Part shown: positions 48,177-57,918 of the stretch, in pieces
How positions within the stretch are numbered: position 1 is the stretch's first letter
How the letters are laid out: every line of letters begins with the position of its first letter
From: Candidatus Falkowbacteria bacterium
GTDB lineage: Bacteria > Patescibacteriota > Patescibacteriia > UBA11705
Direction of reading: 5' to 3'
Length of the DNA stretch: 64,000 nucleotides
Assembly: GCA_003518055.1 (NCBI GenBank)
Contig: DOZJ01000006.1
Location: 201,631 to 265,630, forward strand
Program-made: the position numbers and the translations under genes
Notes under the pieces: generated by a model
What the model was told of the DNA's origin: nothing
Seen by the model: only the letters and a program-made list of their open reading frames with translations
Databases searched by the model: none

Positions 48177-48986
48177 ATGATAATTATTTACGCGACATTT
48201 TTTGCCTTGGTTCAAGCGGTAACGGAATTTTGGCCCGTGTCGAGTTCCGGACACTTGGTTTTGCTGCACGAATTGCTCCAGATGCAGGTGATAGATGATT
48301 TAACTTTTGATGTGGCCTTGCATTTAGGTACAGCATTAGCTTTGATTTGGTATTTTTGGGTTGATATCAAGCGGTATGCCAAAGCTTTTTTTTCTATCTT
48401 TCGTGGAGTGAACTTGGGCAGTGAAGATCAGAAAACTGTATTTAATTTAATGCTGGCAACCGTGCCGGCTGTGTTGGTTGGAATCTTTTTGGAAAGTACG
48501 ATTGAGGTGGTGTTTCGCAGTGTCATCATTGTAGCGATAAATCTTATAGTCGGCGGATTGATTATTTTTGCCGTAGAGCGCTGGGGGCAGAAAAAACGAG
48601 ATTTTGAGAATTTGTCACTGATTGAATCGTTTGGGATCGGCTGCGCTCAAGCTTTGGCGTTGATTCCCGGCGTGTCGCGGTCCGGCAGTACCATTATAAC
48701 AGGAATGATTTTAAAATTGAAACGACCGGAAGCGGCGAGATTTTCTTTTTTACTCAGCATCCCGATTGTGCTTGGCGCCGCGGCCAAAAAATTATTTGAA
48801 ATTTCATGGAATTTGGTCAGTGCCAAAGAATTATACATTTTTTTGTATAGCGTTATTCTGACCTTTGTCATCGGCTATTTCATTATCAAATATTTTTTGC
48901 GCTTTTTGCAAAATCGGTCATTAAATATTTTCGGCTGGTACCGGATTTTGTTGGGATTGATTATTTTGGCGGTGTATTATTTATAG
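48177..48986 (+). CDS. uppP: undecaprenyl-diphosphate phosphatase
   Basis: TEFWPVSSSGHL, ALIPGVSRSGSTI, FSFLLSIP. Confidence 0.96.
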   Translation: MIIIYATFFALVQAVTEFWPVSSSGHLVLLHELLQMQVIDDLTFDVALHLGTALALIWYFWVDIKRYAKAFFSIFRGVNLGSEDQKTVFNLMLATVPAVLVGIFLESTIEVVFRSVIIVAINLIVGGLIIFAVERWGQKKRDFENLSLIESFGIGCAQALALIPGVSRSGSTIITGMILKLKRPEAARFSFLLSIPIVLGAAAKKLFEISWNLVSAKELYIFLYSVILTFVIGYFIIKYFLRFLQNRSLNIFGWYRILLGLIILAVYYL

Positions 48987-49067
48987 CGATTGCATGTTTG
49001 GCCAAACGAAAAAGACTCCAGGTTTGAAGTCTTTTCTCAATGTTGTGAGATTTGTTCGATCAGTGGG

Positions 49068-49622
49068 TTAGTAGCGGAATGCTTCATCTTCGAGTGGGAG
49101 GCCGAGCGCGGAGCCCAGCCGGTGAAGGCCGAGCCAGATCAGGGCGATGAGGCTCACGACGTAGCCGATGGCCATGAACGGCCAGACGAACGACATCAGA
49201 CCGATGTACGTGCCGCGTTCGCCGACGATGTTGGTCCCGAAGGATAGCTTTTCCGGGATTTCGACATCGTTAATGTTGCTATCTCGGTCGAGAAACGCTG
49301 GCAGGAGTGACGGGAACAGGATGAAGTGGTACCAGCGGATGTGGTCGAGCCGGAAGAAGATCCGGCTGACATCCCTGCTGGGAAGCTTGTAATGCCCCAA
49401 GAGAGTCAGTCTGAACTGGTATCCTTTGTTGGCCTCGTGCCACCGGATCCAGCCGTAGATCAGGCCGAATGCGAAGTAGCCGAGCGGAATCATGACGAAC
49501 CAAGTCCACAGGAACGCGTGAGCGGCTTCCATGTATTTCTCTTTCCGGTCAGCATTGGCTGACTGAATTGACGTTGTTTGAGCTTCAGGCACGCTCGAAG
49601 GACAGGTTTTCTTGGCCGTCAT
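49068..49622 (-). CDS. hypothetical membrane protein, GC-rich (start may be 49532)
   Basis: TM segments; G/C-biased third positions; downstream terminator. Confidence 0.65.
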   Translation of the reverse strand: MTAKKTCPSSVPEAQTTSIQSANADRKEKYMEAAHAFLWTWFVMIPLGYFAFGLIYGWIRWHEANKGYQFRLTLLGHYKLPSRDVSRIFFRLDHIRWYHFILFPSLLPAFLDRDSNINDVEIPEKLSFGTNIVGERGTYIGLMSFVWPFMAIGYVVSLIALIWLGLHRLGSALGLPLEDEAFRY

Positions 49623-50022
49623 CGTCGATGTAGTAGTTGAATACTTCTCCGTTGTATTCGGCTTTGAGCGCTCGGGCGAAGTAGATTCGGGTGGCGGACT
49701 GTTCGATGTATATGGTGATGTAGAACGTCGATCCTGACGGGAAGCTGATCGAGGCTAGGATATGCCAGTCCCAGCCGGCGCCGTTGTGGAATTCCTTCAG
49801 ATCAGGATTGAAGAGAGTGGTGGCGACCGGATTGCCGAAGTTGGCCTGGAGAATTGCGGCATATGCGTTCAGCACGGCGATCGTTTTGAGATCGATACGT
49901 GTCAGTGTCAGCTTCGTGCCGGATTTACGGCACTTGTCCGAGATGCTCCTTGAGACAAATCCGGGCAGCGTCGGATCGATACCCAGAAACAGCCGAGCCA
50001 TGTCACGACCATGAGCGTTCAT
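49585..50022 (-). CDS. hypothetical protein, GC-rich
   Basis: GGGAGGG SD; promoter at 50097-50128. Confidence 0.65.
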   Translation of the reverse strand: MNAHGRDMARLFLGIDPTLPGFVSRSISDKCRKSGTKLTLTRIDLKTIAVLNAYAAILQANFGNPVATTLFNPDLKEFHNGAGWDWHILASISFPSGSTFYITIYIEQSATRIYFARALKAEYNGEVFNYYIDDDGQENLSFERA

Positions 50023-50291
50023 GGTTTCCCTCCCGGAGCCTTGAGCTCCAATGTGTCCCTCTTGAAGGGACGGGTGAAAAGAACTATATAGTAGATATTA
50101 TATCATACTTTGAATAAAAAGTCAATAGTAGTGGCTAGAATTAGGTGAAAATAGGCGATAATTGTTATAATTTTGCTAATTAATCTAATTATTTTGATAA
50201 TTGTTCTTATTTAGAGCAATTAGAATAATTAGGACTTAGAATAATTTTTAATGATTTTTTGTTTTTTAGATTTATGCTACAGTAGTTTTAT

Positions 50292-51371
50292 ATGAAATTA
50301 GTGATCATGGCCGGAGGCGGCGGGACTCGATTGTGGCCGCTCAGCCGCGAGGCCAAACCAAAACAATTCAGCCGAATTGTCGGCAACAAAACCATGTTCG
50401 AGGAAACAGTGGCCAGATTTATGGCGGATTTTAGTTTCAACGATATTTACGTGGTTTTGAATGAACAGCTGTTGGCTCAAGCGCGGGAATTGGTCCCGGA
50501 AATCCCGCGACAAAATTATATCGTGGAACCGGAAAAACGTGATACAGCGCCGGCGATGGGTTTTGTCGCGGCCACGTTGTATGATCAAATGCCGGATGAG
50601 CCGATCGCTTTTATTCCGTCCGATCATTATATCGCTGATACTGGTAAATTTATTCGGATGATCAAAATGGCTGAGGCGATAATTCGCAATCAAGGCAAAA
50701 TGGTTGATATCGCCATTCATCCGACTTTTCCCAGCACAGTGCTCGGCTATACCAAAGTCGGTCAATGTTTAAGCTGCGACGATGTTGAAATATATGAATT
50801 TCTTGGCCATACGGAAAAACCCAAATTCGAAACGGCCAAACAATACCTTGAAGACGGTAGTTATTTGTGGCACGCCAGCTATTATATGTGGACACCGCGG
50901 AAAATGCTCGAGGCTTTTAGCAAACACAGCCCAAGCCACGGCGACAAATTGCATCAAATAGTCGAAGCGTTAAAAATAAATAATCAAGAATTGGTGAAAA
51001 TGGCTTTTAATCAGATGGAAAAGATTTCGTTTGACTACGCGGTGACGGAAAAGATTGATCCGAGTGAAGTTTTGATTATGAAAGGTGATTTTGGCTGGAG
51101 CGATGTGGGTGCGTTTGATGTGCTGCACGAGGCGCAAAAGCATTTGATGGATGAAAATTCCAATGTGGTAAAAGCCAACCATATTCATCGTGATTCTTCC
51201 GACAATTTGATATACACGACCAAGGATAAATTGGTGGCGACGGTCGGTTTGAATGATTACGCGGTGATTGATACTGATGATGTTCTCTTGATTTGTCCGA
51301 AAAGCAAATCGCAGGAAGTAAAAAAAATTGTCGAGCAATTAAAAAATAACGGGCAGGATAAATATTTATGA
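50292..51371 (+). CDS. manC: mannose-1-phosphate guanylyltransferase
   Basis: MAGGGGTRLWPLSR..PKQF, EP..RDTAPA, PSDH, SFDYAV.EK, WSDVG. Confidence 0.92.
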   Translation: MKLVIMAGGGGTRLWPLSREAKPKQFSRIVGNKTMFEETVARFMADFSFNDIYVVLNEQLLAQARELVPEIPRQNYIVEPEKRDTAPAMGFVAATLYDQMPDEPIAFIPSDHYIADTGKFIRMIKMAEAIIRNQGKMVDIAIHPTFPSTVLGYTKVGQCLSCDDVEIYEFLGHTEKPKFETAKQYLEDGSYLWHASYYMWTPRKMLEAFSKHSPSHGDKLHQIVEALKINNQELVKMAFNQMEKISFDYAVTEKIDPSEVLIMKGDFGWSDVGAFDVLHEAQKHLMDENSNVVKANHIHRDSSDNLIYTTKDKLVATVGLNDYAVIDTDDVLLICPKSKSQEVKKIVEQLKNNGQDKYL

Positions 51372-52372
51372 ATGTGGCAGTGAAAATCATTCTAGGTTTA
51401 CTCGCAGTGTTTGTGGTTTTTTGGTTTGGGTTGAATATTATGATCGAAGCGCCGAATAATAATCCTTTCGGATCAAAAAAACTTATTGTCGATGAGGGAA
51501 TGGGTGTCGGTGACATCGCTGAAAGATTAAAAAATGAGGGTTTCACAAAAAAAGATTTTATTTTCAAAACCTATGTGTTATTGAGAGGGCTGCGGGCTGA
51601 ATTTCATCCGGGTGAATATCAACTTGAGACCAACATGAATTTGAAAGAAATCATTACCATTTTAACTGATGAGAGAACGGTCCGTGATGAAGTGTCAATA
51701 ACGATAATCGAGGGGTGGAAAAACGTAGAGATCGCCGAGTATTTGGAAAGTAAGGTTTTGTTTTCGGCTGAGGATTTTTTACACGTGGCAAATGAAACGC
51801 CAAATTTTGATTATAATTTTTTGGGATTTAAGCCGCGAACGGTTGGTTTGGAGGGATTTCTTTATCCTGATACATATGTTGTCTACACGGATTCAACGCC
51901 CGAAGACGTGATAATAAAAATGTTGGATAATTTTGAGAGAAAACTTGATGCTGAGGTGATGAAAGAGATTGGGCGTCAGAAAAGAGACCTGTATGAGGTT
52001 TTAACTTTGGCCAGTATCGTGGAAAAAGAGATGTTTGGGTATGAGAATCGGCAAATCGTCGCCGGGATTTTTTGGGAAAGGTTAGGCGACAATTATCCTT
52101 TGCAATCGGACGCGACCGTAAATTACATCACTCGAAAGGGGACAACCAGACCCAGCCTTGATGACACAAAAATTGAAAATCCCTATAATACATATCAGGT
52201 GATAGGGCTGCCGCCAACTCCGATATGTAATCCCAGCATTGAGGCGATTAGAGCGGTGGTTTACCCCAAAGAAACTGATTATTACTTTTTTCTCACTACG
52301 CCGAATAATAAAATAATATTCAGCCGAAATCATGAGGAACACATCGCGAATAGAATAAAATATTTGGATTAA
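51368..52372 (+). CDS. mltG: endolytic transglycosylase MltG
   Basis: LEGFLYPDTY, ASIVEKE, LQSDATV, PYNTY...GLPPTPI.NP. Confidence 0.95.
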   Translation: MNVAVKIILGLLAVFVVFWFGLNIMIEAPNNNPFGSKKLIVDEGMGVGDIAERLKNEGFTKKDFIFKTYVLLRGLRAEFHPGEYQLETNMNLKEIITILTDERTVRDEVSITIIEGWKNVEIAEYLESKVLFSAEDFLHVANETPNFDYNFLGFKPRTVGLEGFLYPDTYVVYTDSTPEDVIIKMLDNFERKLDAEVMKEIGRQKRDLYEVLTLASIVEKEMFGYENRQIVAGIFWERLGDNYPLQSDATVNYITRKGTTRPSLDDTKIENPYNTYQVIGLPPTPICNPSIEAIRAVVYPKETDYYFFLTTPNNKIIFSRNHEEHIANRIKYLD

Positions 52373-52404
52373 ATAAAAATCATTACTATTATATTGAAAT
52401 AAGT

Positions 52405-52977
52405 ATGCTCAATCAAAATTTTTGGAAGAAAATCAATGATGATCAGGCTGAATATGATCAATCTCGACGGATTATTATCGGTCAATCGAGCAAGGCCTTG
52501 CATCTGGCAAAACAGACTATTTTCGCGCTTCATCGGAATAACCTTGATGAGGCGAGGACGAAGCTGGAAGAAAGTGAGCAATTTTTGAAAGCTTTGGAAA
52601 AGGATTTCGCCAAGAACCAGAAGCTTCGATTCGAGGGCAGCTGGTGTGCGGCGGTCGAGGAGTATGTGGAGGCCAGATTATTTTTTATGTATGTGAATGG
52701 CGATGAGGTCGGTGAAATTACCGGTTTGCATATTGAGCCGCAAGAATATTTGGGCGGATTTTCAGATTTTACCGGCGAGCTTTTGCGCCGAGCGGTGTTG
52801 CTTTCCGCCGAAGAAAAGTTTGATGAGGTGAAAAAGATTGCTCAGGAAATATCTGATGCGATTGATATCTTGTTGGCTTACAATTTGAGCGGCTTGCTCA
52901 GAACAAAGTTTGATCAGGCCAAGAATAATTTGAATAAAATTGAACATGTGTTGTACGATATTAGCATGAGAAGATAA
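52405..52977 (+). CDS. translin/Trax family protein
   Basis: IFALHR, EEYVEA, YLGG.SDFTGEL.R. Confidence 0.8.
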   Translation: MLNQNFWKKINDDQAEYDQSRRIIIGQSSKALHLAKQTIFALHRNNLDEARTKLEESEQFLKALEKDFAKNQKLRFEGSWCAAVEEYVEARLFFMYVNGDEVGEITGLHIEPQEYLGGFSDFTGELLRRAVLLSAEEKFDEVKKIAQEISDAIDILLAYNLSGLLRTKFDQAKNNLNKIEHVLYDISMRR

Positions 52978-52980
52978 CTT

Positions 52981-53655
52981 ATGATCGAAAATAATGATTA
53001 CAATCAAGAGGATCGGTATGCTGACGAACTGCATGAACGGCGAGAAGAAAAAAGAGGCCGGATTCCAGAGCCACATGATCGGCCGGAGAAAAAGAAACGT
53101 TTGAGCTTGTCATGCGGCGTGTTATTGGCGGTTATATTGGGTTTATCTTTTTATTTAATTTATTTTGTTTGGTCACAGCTCAGTGGTCCGCTCAAGGATG
53201 AATGGGCTAAAAGAAAAGTTGATTGGGAAAAATTGCCGCAGACAATTGAACAATTAAAAATCGACGCACAGAAACAAGCGGAGGAAGGCAAAGAGGTTTT
53301 GGATCAGCCCAATAATTCAAATAACGACGGGGGCGAAATTGACAATACGTTGCCTCTTTGGATGTCCAAGATGATTTTGAATGATGATAATTACGCGCCC
53401 AGTGTCAGGTGTGATTATTTGGGCGAGAAATATTATATCGGGTTTAATCGGGAGGTCGATTGCCGTGATTGTTATACCGATCAAGTTTATAACAGAGATG
53501 GTGTGGCTTTTTGTTCGACCGGCGGAGGATTGAGCGGCCGCGGCGATGGGGGCTGTCCTGACTTCGATTCAATGGCGGGAAACTGTCAGATTTGGAATGG
53601 CGAGCGGTGGGAAAAGACGATTTGGAGCGGGGCAATGAAAAATAAGGTGCCGTGA
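52981..53655 (+). CDS. membrane-anchored hypothetical protein with Cys-rich C-terminal domain
   Basis: One TM segment; C-terminal domain with six Cys and GG.SGRGDG.CPDF. Confidence 0.7.
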   Translation: MIENNDYNQEDRYADELHERREEKRGRIPEPHDRPEKKKRLSLSCGVLLAVILGLSFYLIYFVWSQLSGPLKDEWAKRKVDWEKLPQTIEQLKIDAQKQAEEGKEVLDQPNNSNNDGGEIDNTLPLWMSKMILNDDNYAPSVRCDYLGEKYYIGFNREVDCRDCYTDQVYNRDGVAFCSTGGGLSGRGDGGCPDFDSMAGNCQIWNGERWEKTIWSGAMKNKVP

Positions 53656-53749
53656 GATCAATTGAAGCCTGATGAAAATTTAATTTTCAATAATTTTAAA
53701 TTAGTTTGATGTTTATATAGAAAAAATCGGGTTGTCCCGATTTTTTTTG

Positions 53750-54358
53750 TTATAAATATTTTTTGATTTGATCACAGGCGATTTTGCGATGATTGATTTG
53801 GGCGTGTTCTTTTTCCGTCAGCGATGAATATGGTTTGGCAAATTCTTTAACTATGAACAAAGCTCTAAATGGGAAGCCGGGCGTGTATTCAGCAATAACG
53901 TGATCAGCGATTGATCCTTCGATTGATTCAGCAATAAATACGGGTTCTTGATTTGGTTTAATAAAGCATAGCGTCATGGTCAGTCGGGCGGTTCTTTTTT
54001 CATTTGGAACTTTTCGTAGTCGAAATAATGTATATTCAATAATTTCTTCGTCTGTCATTTCGACTTCTGGTAGTCCCTCAGCTCGGCTTTTCCAGCGGCG
54101 GCTATAAACTCCGGGTTCTCCGTTTAGGGCATCAATCTCAATCCCGCCATCATCAGCCAGGGTGGGTAAGCCGGTTAATGCAAAAAAGTGTCTGGCTTTG
54201 AGTTCGGCGTTGGCTCTGAAAGTTTGACCGGTTTCTTTGATATCAGCTTCAAGCCCCAATTCAGCTGGAGACACAATTTCATAACCGATATCAGCCATGA
54301 ATTTTTTAAAATCAGAGATTTTGGCTTGGTTGTTGGAAGCGATGAGTAGTCTTTTCAT
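53750..54358 (-). CDS. rdgB: non-canonical purine NTP pyrophosphatase (RdgB/HAM1)
   Basis: IASNN.AK, ETG.TF..NA..KA, ADDGG..IDALNGEPGVYS, NHR. Confidence 0.9.
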   Translation of the reverse strand: MKRLLIASNNQAKISDFKKFMADIGYEIVSPAELGLEADIKETGQTFRANAELKARHFFALTGLPTLADDGGIEIDALNGEPGVYSRRWKSRAEGLPEVEMTDEEIIEYTLFRLRKVPNEKRTARLTMTLCFIKPNQEPVFIAESIEGSIADHVIAEYTPGFPFRALFIVKEFAKPYSSLTEKEHAQINHRKIACDQIKKYL

Positions 54359-54484
54359 AGTTTTACAAAAATTTGTTAGTCGGTTACTGGTTTCTGATTT
54401 GTTTTTACAAAAGTATAACAGTAACTGCGAAAGTTTGGCTGCGTGTGATTGGTTTTTACTCGTCCTATGGCGGACAAAAATTTG

Positions 54485-55372
54485 TTAGTCAGCTACTGAT
54501 TTCAGATCTTTGTTTACTGTTAACTGTAATCTTTTGTGGGACAGAATATAAAACTTTTTATCGATTTCAAAACCAATATATTTTCGGTTCAGTTTTTTGG
54601 CCACGGCAGCCGTTGTTCCTGAGCCGAGAAATGGGTCAAGAATAATATCACCTGTATTTGATGATGCCATGATTAAACGTTCAATGAGTTTTTCCGGTTT
54701 TTGGGTTGGGTGTTCGGTATTTTCCGGCATGGACCAAAAGGGGACGATTAAATCTGTCCAAATGTTTGAGGGATGAGTATAGCGAAATTTTTGGCCGTTT
54801 TCTTCAAACCAGTCTTTGGGCCGGCCGAGCGAGTCGATATACGGTGCTTTGACCGCGCGTTTTTCTTTGACGGCGTCGAGATTGAAGGTGTACTCAGGAC
54901 TTTTGGTGGCAAACCAGATGTCTTCCATGTTGTTTTTCCAGTTGGATTTTGAACCGCGGCCTTTGTCGCGTTTCCAGGTAATACGGTTTTGGATAATCAA
55001 ATATTTTTCCAAGATGTTTTGAAACAAACATGAGCTGGGCCAGTCAATACATAGATACAAACTGCCGGTTGGTTTTAAAATTCGGCTTGATTGTTCAATC
55101 CAAGCCAGGTTCCAATTGTAGTATTCGTTTTTGCTCAAATTGACATTGCCGGCGCCAAAATTTTTACGCAGATTAAAATATGGTGGGTCGGCAATGATTA
55201 AATCAACGGATTCTGATGGAAGTTTTTTTAGCGCGATGATGGAATTTTCCAGATAAATTTTATTTTGGAGAGTCGTTATGTTTTTAATTTCATCAGGTAA
55301 ACGCAAAAAATGACTGAAAGATTTCAGGTCAAGATCAGAAACTGATAAGGTTTTATTTCTTGATGACGGCAT
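54485..55372 (-). CDS. orphan N6-adenine/N4-cytosine DNA methyltransferase (beta class)
   Basis: DPPY precedes HPTQKP and DPFLGSGTT; no adjacent endonuclease. Confidence 0.92.
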   Translation of the reverse strand: MPSSRNKTLSVSDLDLKSFSHFLRLPDEIKNITTLQNKIYLENSIIALKKLPSESVDLIIADPPYFNLRKNFGAGNVNLSKNEYYNWNLAWIEQSSRILKPTGSLYLCIDWPSSCLFQNILEKYLIIQNRITWKRDKGRGSKSNWKNNMEDIWFATKSPEYTFNLDAVKEKRAVKAPYIDSLGRPKDWFEENGQKFRYTHPSNIWTDLIVPFWSMPENTEHPTQKPEKLIERLIMASSNTGDIILDPFLGSGTTAAVAKKLNRKYIGFEIDKKFYILSHKRLQLTVNKDLKSVAD

Positions 55373-55459
55373 TAGAATGTAGGTAACGGTTTCAAATCAT
55401 CGCGTGTGATATAAAATAGTATAGCAGATGAATTGATTTTTAAAAGGTTATTTAAAATA

Positions 55460-55680
55460 TTAAACCGCCGGGCGCTTGCGCTCGGCGGTGTCGAACTGGT
55501 TTGAATTGTAGGCTCTTGCGGCCCCATAACCGTTGAAAGAGCGGATCTCTTCGGCTCGGGGTGGTTGGCTCGCAAGGGGCAGTTTGCCCGCGCCCATGAT
55601 CACTGCTCCATTCCTTGTTTCGGGTCATTTCACGTATCGTGAATCTCCTAGAGCTGCGCCGTTGCAGCTCATATGGGCAT
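55460..55680 (-). ncRNA. candidate structured ncRNA (or 45-aa peptide transcript)
   Basis: Strong promoter at 55685-55715, nested helices, terminal GC hairpin 55464-55489. Confidence 0.45.
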
Positions 55681-55837
55681 ATATATTATATCATGTTTGT
55701 ATAAAAAGTCAATAGGAATTACAATTATTATGAAAAAAAGGCTAAAATATGTGTGTCTGTACGCTTTTGAGATTCAAATTGTTGACATGTTTGATAAATT
55801 GTGATAATATTTAAAGTCTCAAACAAGGAGGAGACAC

Positions 55838-56578
55838 ATGGAACACATGGATCGGTTGCGAGCGTTTGAAAATGGATTAACGCGATTTTTCCATGGTGTT
55901 TCAAATTTGAGGGCGAGTGTCTCAGCGCAGAGTTTTACTTTTAACATGAAAAAGCCTAACGGCTGTTTGGTATTGCAATATAATCAGCGTTTGGTTGATT
56001 ATTTGCTTGAGCAGTTTGGCACCGCCAAGATGTTGATTTCAATTTCAAGCGTCAGTAGTGTTGGTCTAGTGGGATTGAGCTCACAAGTATTTCCAATGCG
56101 TGATAATTGCGGAATTATGGGGCAGGTTGAACTTCGGGATGCAGACGTGTCGCAAATTTTGGGCACAGAGTTGCCGCCGGCTAGGAATCTGAAGCTGATT
56201 GAGATTTATGAAAGACTCGCATCAGTCGAACATGTTTTCGCGACTGCCACACTGGATTTGGCTAGAGCAAAGGATTCCACGCGGGTAGCGAGTGGATGGA
56301 GAGCCTCGGAAATTAATCAGGAACTGAACGTGGTGTTGTGTCCTGAGCTCTTGGAGTCAGTCCGTCAATTCGGGTATTCCAGGTTGGAGCTGGAATTTGA
56401 TCCAAGCGTTGAGCGTACTGATGCCGATCCTATGTGGGCAGATTATAATTTCTGGGTTAAGTATCAATACGTGGCGTTGCATAAATTAAAAGTAGGTAAA
56501 TCACCTTCTTTTTTATTGGTAATATTGACAAATGCTATTATGCAATGTACAGTGATACATTCAAATCTGTTTTGTTGA
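55838..56578 (+). CDS. hypothetical protein
   Basis: TTGACA promoter, AAGGAGGAG SD. Confidence 0.65.
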   Translation: MEHMDRLRAFENGLTRFFHGVSNLRASVSAQSFTFNMKKPNGCLVLQYNQRLVDYLLEQFGTAKMLISISSVSSVGLVGLSSQVFPMRDNCGIMGQVELRDADVSQILGTELPPARNLKLIEIYERLASVEHVFATATLDLARAKDSTRVASGWRASEINQELNVVLCPELLESVRQFGYSRLELEFDPSVERTDADPMWADYNFWVKYQYVALHKLKVGKSPSFLLVILTNAIMQCTVIHSNLFC

Positions 56579-56601
56579 ACTAACCACCAAGGAGGGGATA
56601 G

Positions 56602-57048
56602 GTGGCAGCTAAAAAGATCGAAACATTTGAAGAATTGTGTTCTTTGCCAATTGGTACTCTGATTTTGAATATGAGAATCAACTCTATATTTCATCCGGCG
56701 AGTACAAAGCCGTGTGTCGGGGTAACGATGATTGTGGATCAGGCAAGATATGATCGCGTTTCGAATAAAGGCGGTGGGTATGTGTTTACAGGTATTGCCG
56801 ATAAAAAGTTTTTCAGAGCGTTGTATTTATCAGATGAGGCGCAAAAAGAAATGGCGGATGATATTAACGCGGAAACTTTTAGTGAATGTGAATTGTATGT
56901 ATTGGGTCCTGAAGCTTTGGCGGATTTTTGGCTTCATTATTGTCAGCAGGCGGAAGATTTTATTGAAATGCAAAGTCGTGTAAGCGAAAAAGTCAAGCAG
57001 GCGAAATATACCACGTTTCAGAGATTGCGTGAAAGATCCGGATCATAA
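56602..57048 (+). CDS. hypothetical protein
   Basis: AAGGAGG SD, GTG start. Confidence 0.65.
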   Translation: MAAKKIETFEELCSLPIGTLILNMRINSIFHPASTKPCVGVTMIVDQARYDRVSNKGGGYVFTGIADKKFFRALYLSDEAQKEMADDINAETFSECELYVLGPEALADFWLHYCQQAEDFIEMQSRVSEKVKQAKYTTFQRLRERSGS

Positions 57049-57139
57049 ATTCGGTCAAAAAAGGTCAGTTACATAGAGTCTAACAAGGCTCTTTTATGTT
57101 TTTATAATCAAAAAATGCTGGTGTTACAGCATTTAATAA

Positions 57140-57361
57140 TCAGCCGCGGCGTTTTTGATTGTGCCGGATGGCTTTCGAATCACCATGTCTTTTCCCGTAA
57201 AAGCGTTTGGCTCGGCCCTTGTGACCATCAGAGTCTCGGCTCGCAGGCAGCGGAAGCACCGAGTGTGGTTCGCTTCGCAAATGAGTAAATAGAAAGCTTG
57301 GAAGACGCTTGATCTTGTCAATGGTTCGACGGAAGAAATGGGCAAGGCTTGCTCGAATCAT
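57140..57361 (-). CDS. small basic hypothetical protein
   Basis: GGAGG SD right after the previous stop; terminator follows. Confidence 0.45.
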   Translation of the reverse strand: MIRASLAHFFRRTIDKIKRLPSFLFTHLRSEPHSVLPLPASRDSDGHKGRAKRFYGKRHGDSKAIRHNQKRRG

Positions 57362-57373
57362 CGGCCGCCTCCA

Positions 57374-57892
57374 TTACCATGTTTTGTTGGCCGCGATTTT
57401 TTCGGCGAATCTGGGATGATTCTTGTCATACCCCAGACAGTTAATTACCCATTGCTCCAGCAGAAAATCAACTTGAAGGCGATCGACAACGGCTTTGAGC
57501 GTATCCGTGTGCCGTTCGAAATTAAAGTGCAGTCCAGCCTTCAAGTGAGGCTCAAGAAATTCGCGATAACAGGCGGTCAATTTGCAGAACCAACTGATGA
57601 TAAGGTTAGTATCGATGGTGACGTTGACCGGTTTGGTTTTCGGCCAGTGGCTTTCAATATGCCGGTTCATTCCCACAATTCCGAATTCAACCAAGCGATC
57701 CATCAAGTCGTAAAGAAAATGATTAGGCGTCAGATCTGGGAAATTGGCCACGAGACTTTGCAGTCTTTTCTGGATGTCTGTCCACGTGAAAATAACGAGA
57801 GGCCTTTCACCTTCAAGTTCAGATCGGTGGTTTTCCAGAAGCGCGGAGAAATCTTCGGCGGCGATAATAAAGTCGCGCGGGAGTGGCTTCAT
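57374..57892 (-). CDS. hypothetical protein
   Basis: AGGAG SD; member of a five-gene - strand operon. Confidence 0.65.
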   Translation of the reverse strand: MKPLPRDFIIAAEDFSALLENHRSELEGERPLVIFTWTDIQKRLQSLVANFPDLTPNHFLYDLMDRLVEFGIVGMNRHIESHWPKTKPVNVTIDTNLIISWFCKLTACYREFLEPHLKAGLHFNFERHTDTLKAVVDRLQVDFLLEQWVINCLGYDKNHPRFAEKIAANKTW

Positions 57893-57918
57893 GATGTGTT
57901 CTCCTAGCTGTCGGGGTG

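Noticed and set aside
54485-55372. Complete restriction-modification system
   Set aside because: No recognisable endonuclease adjacent
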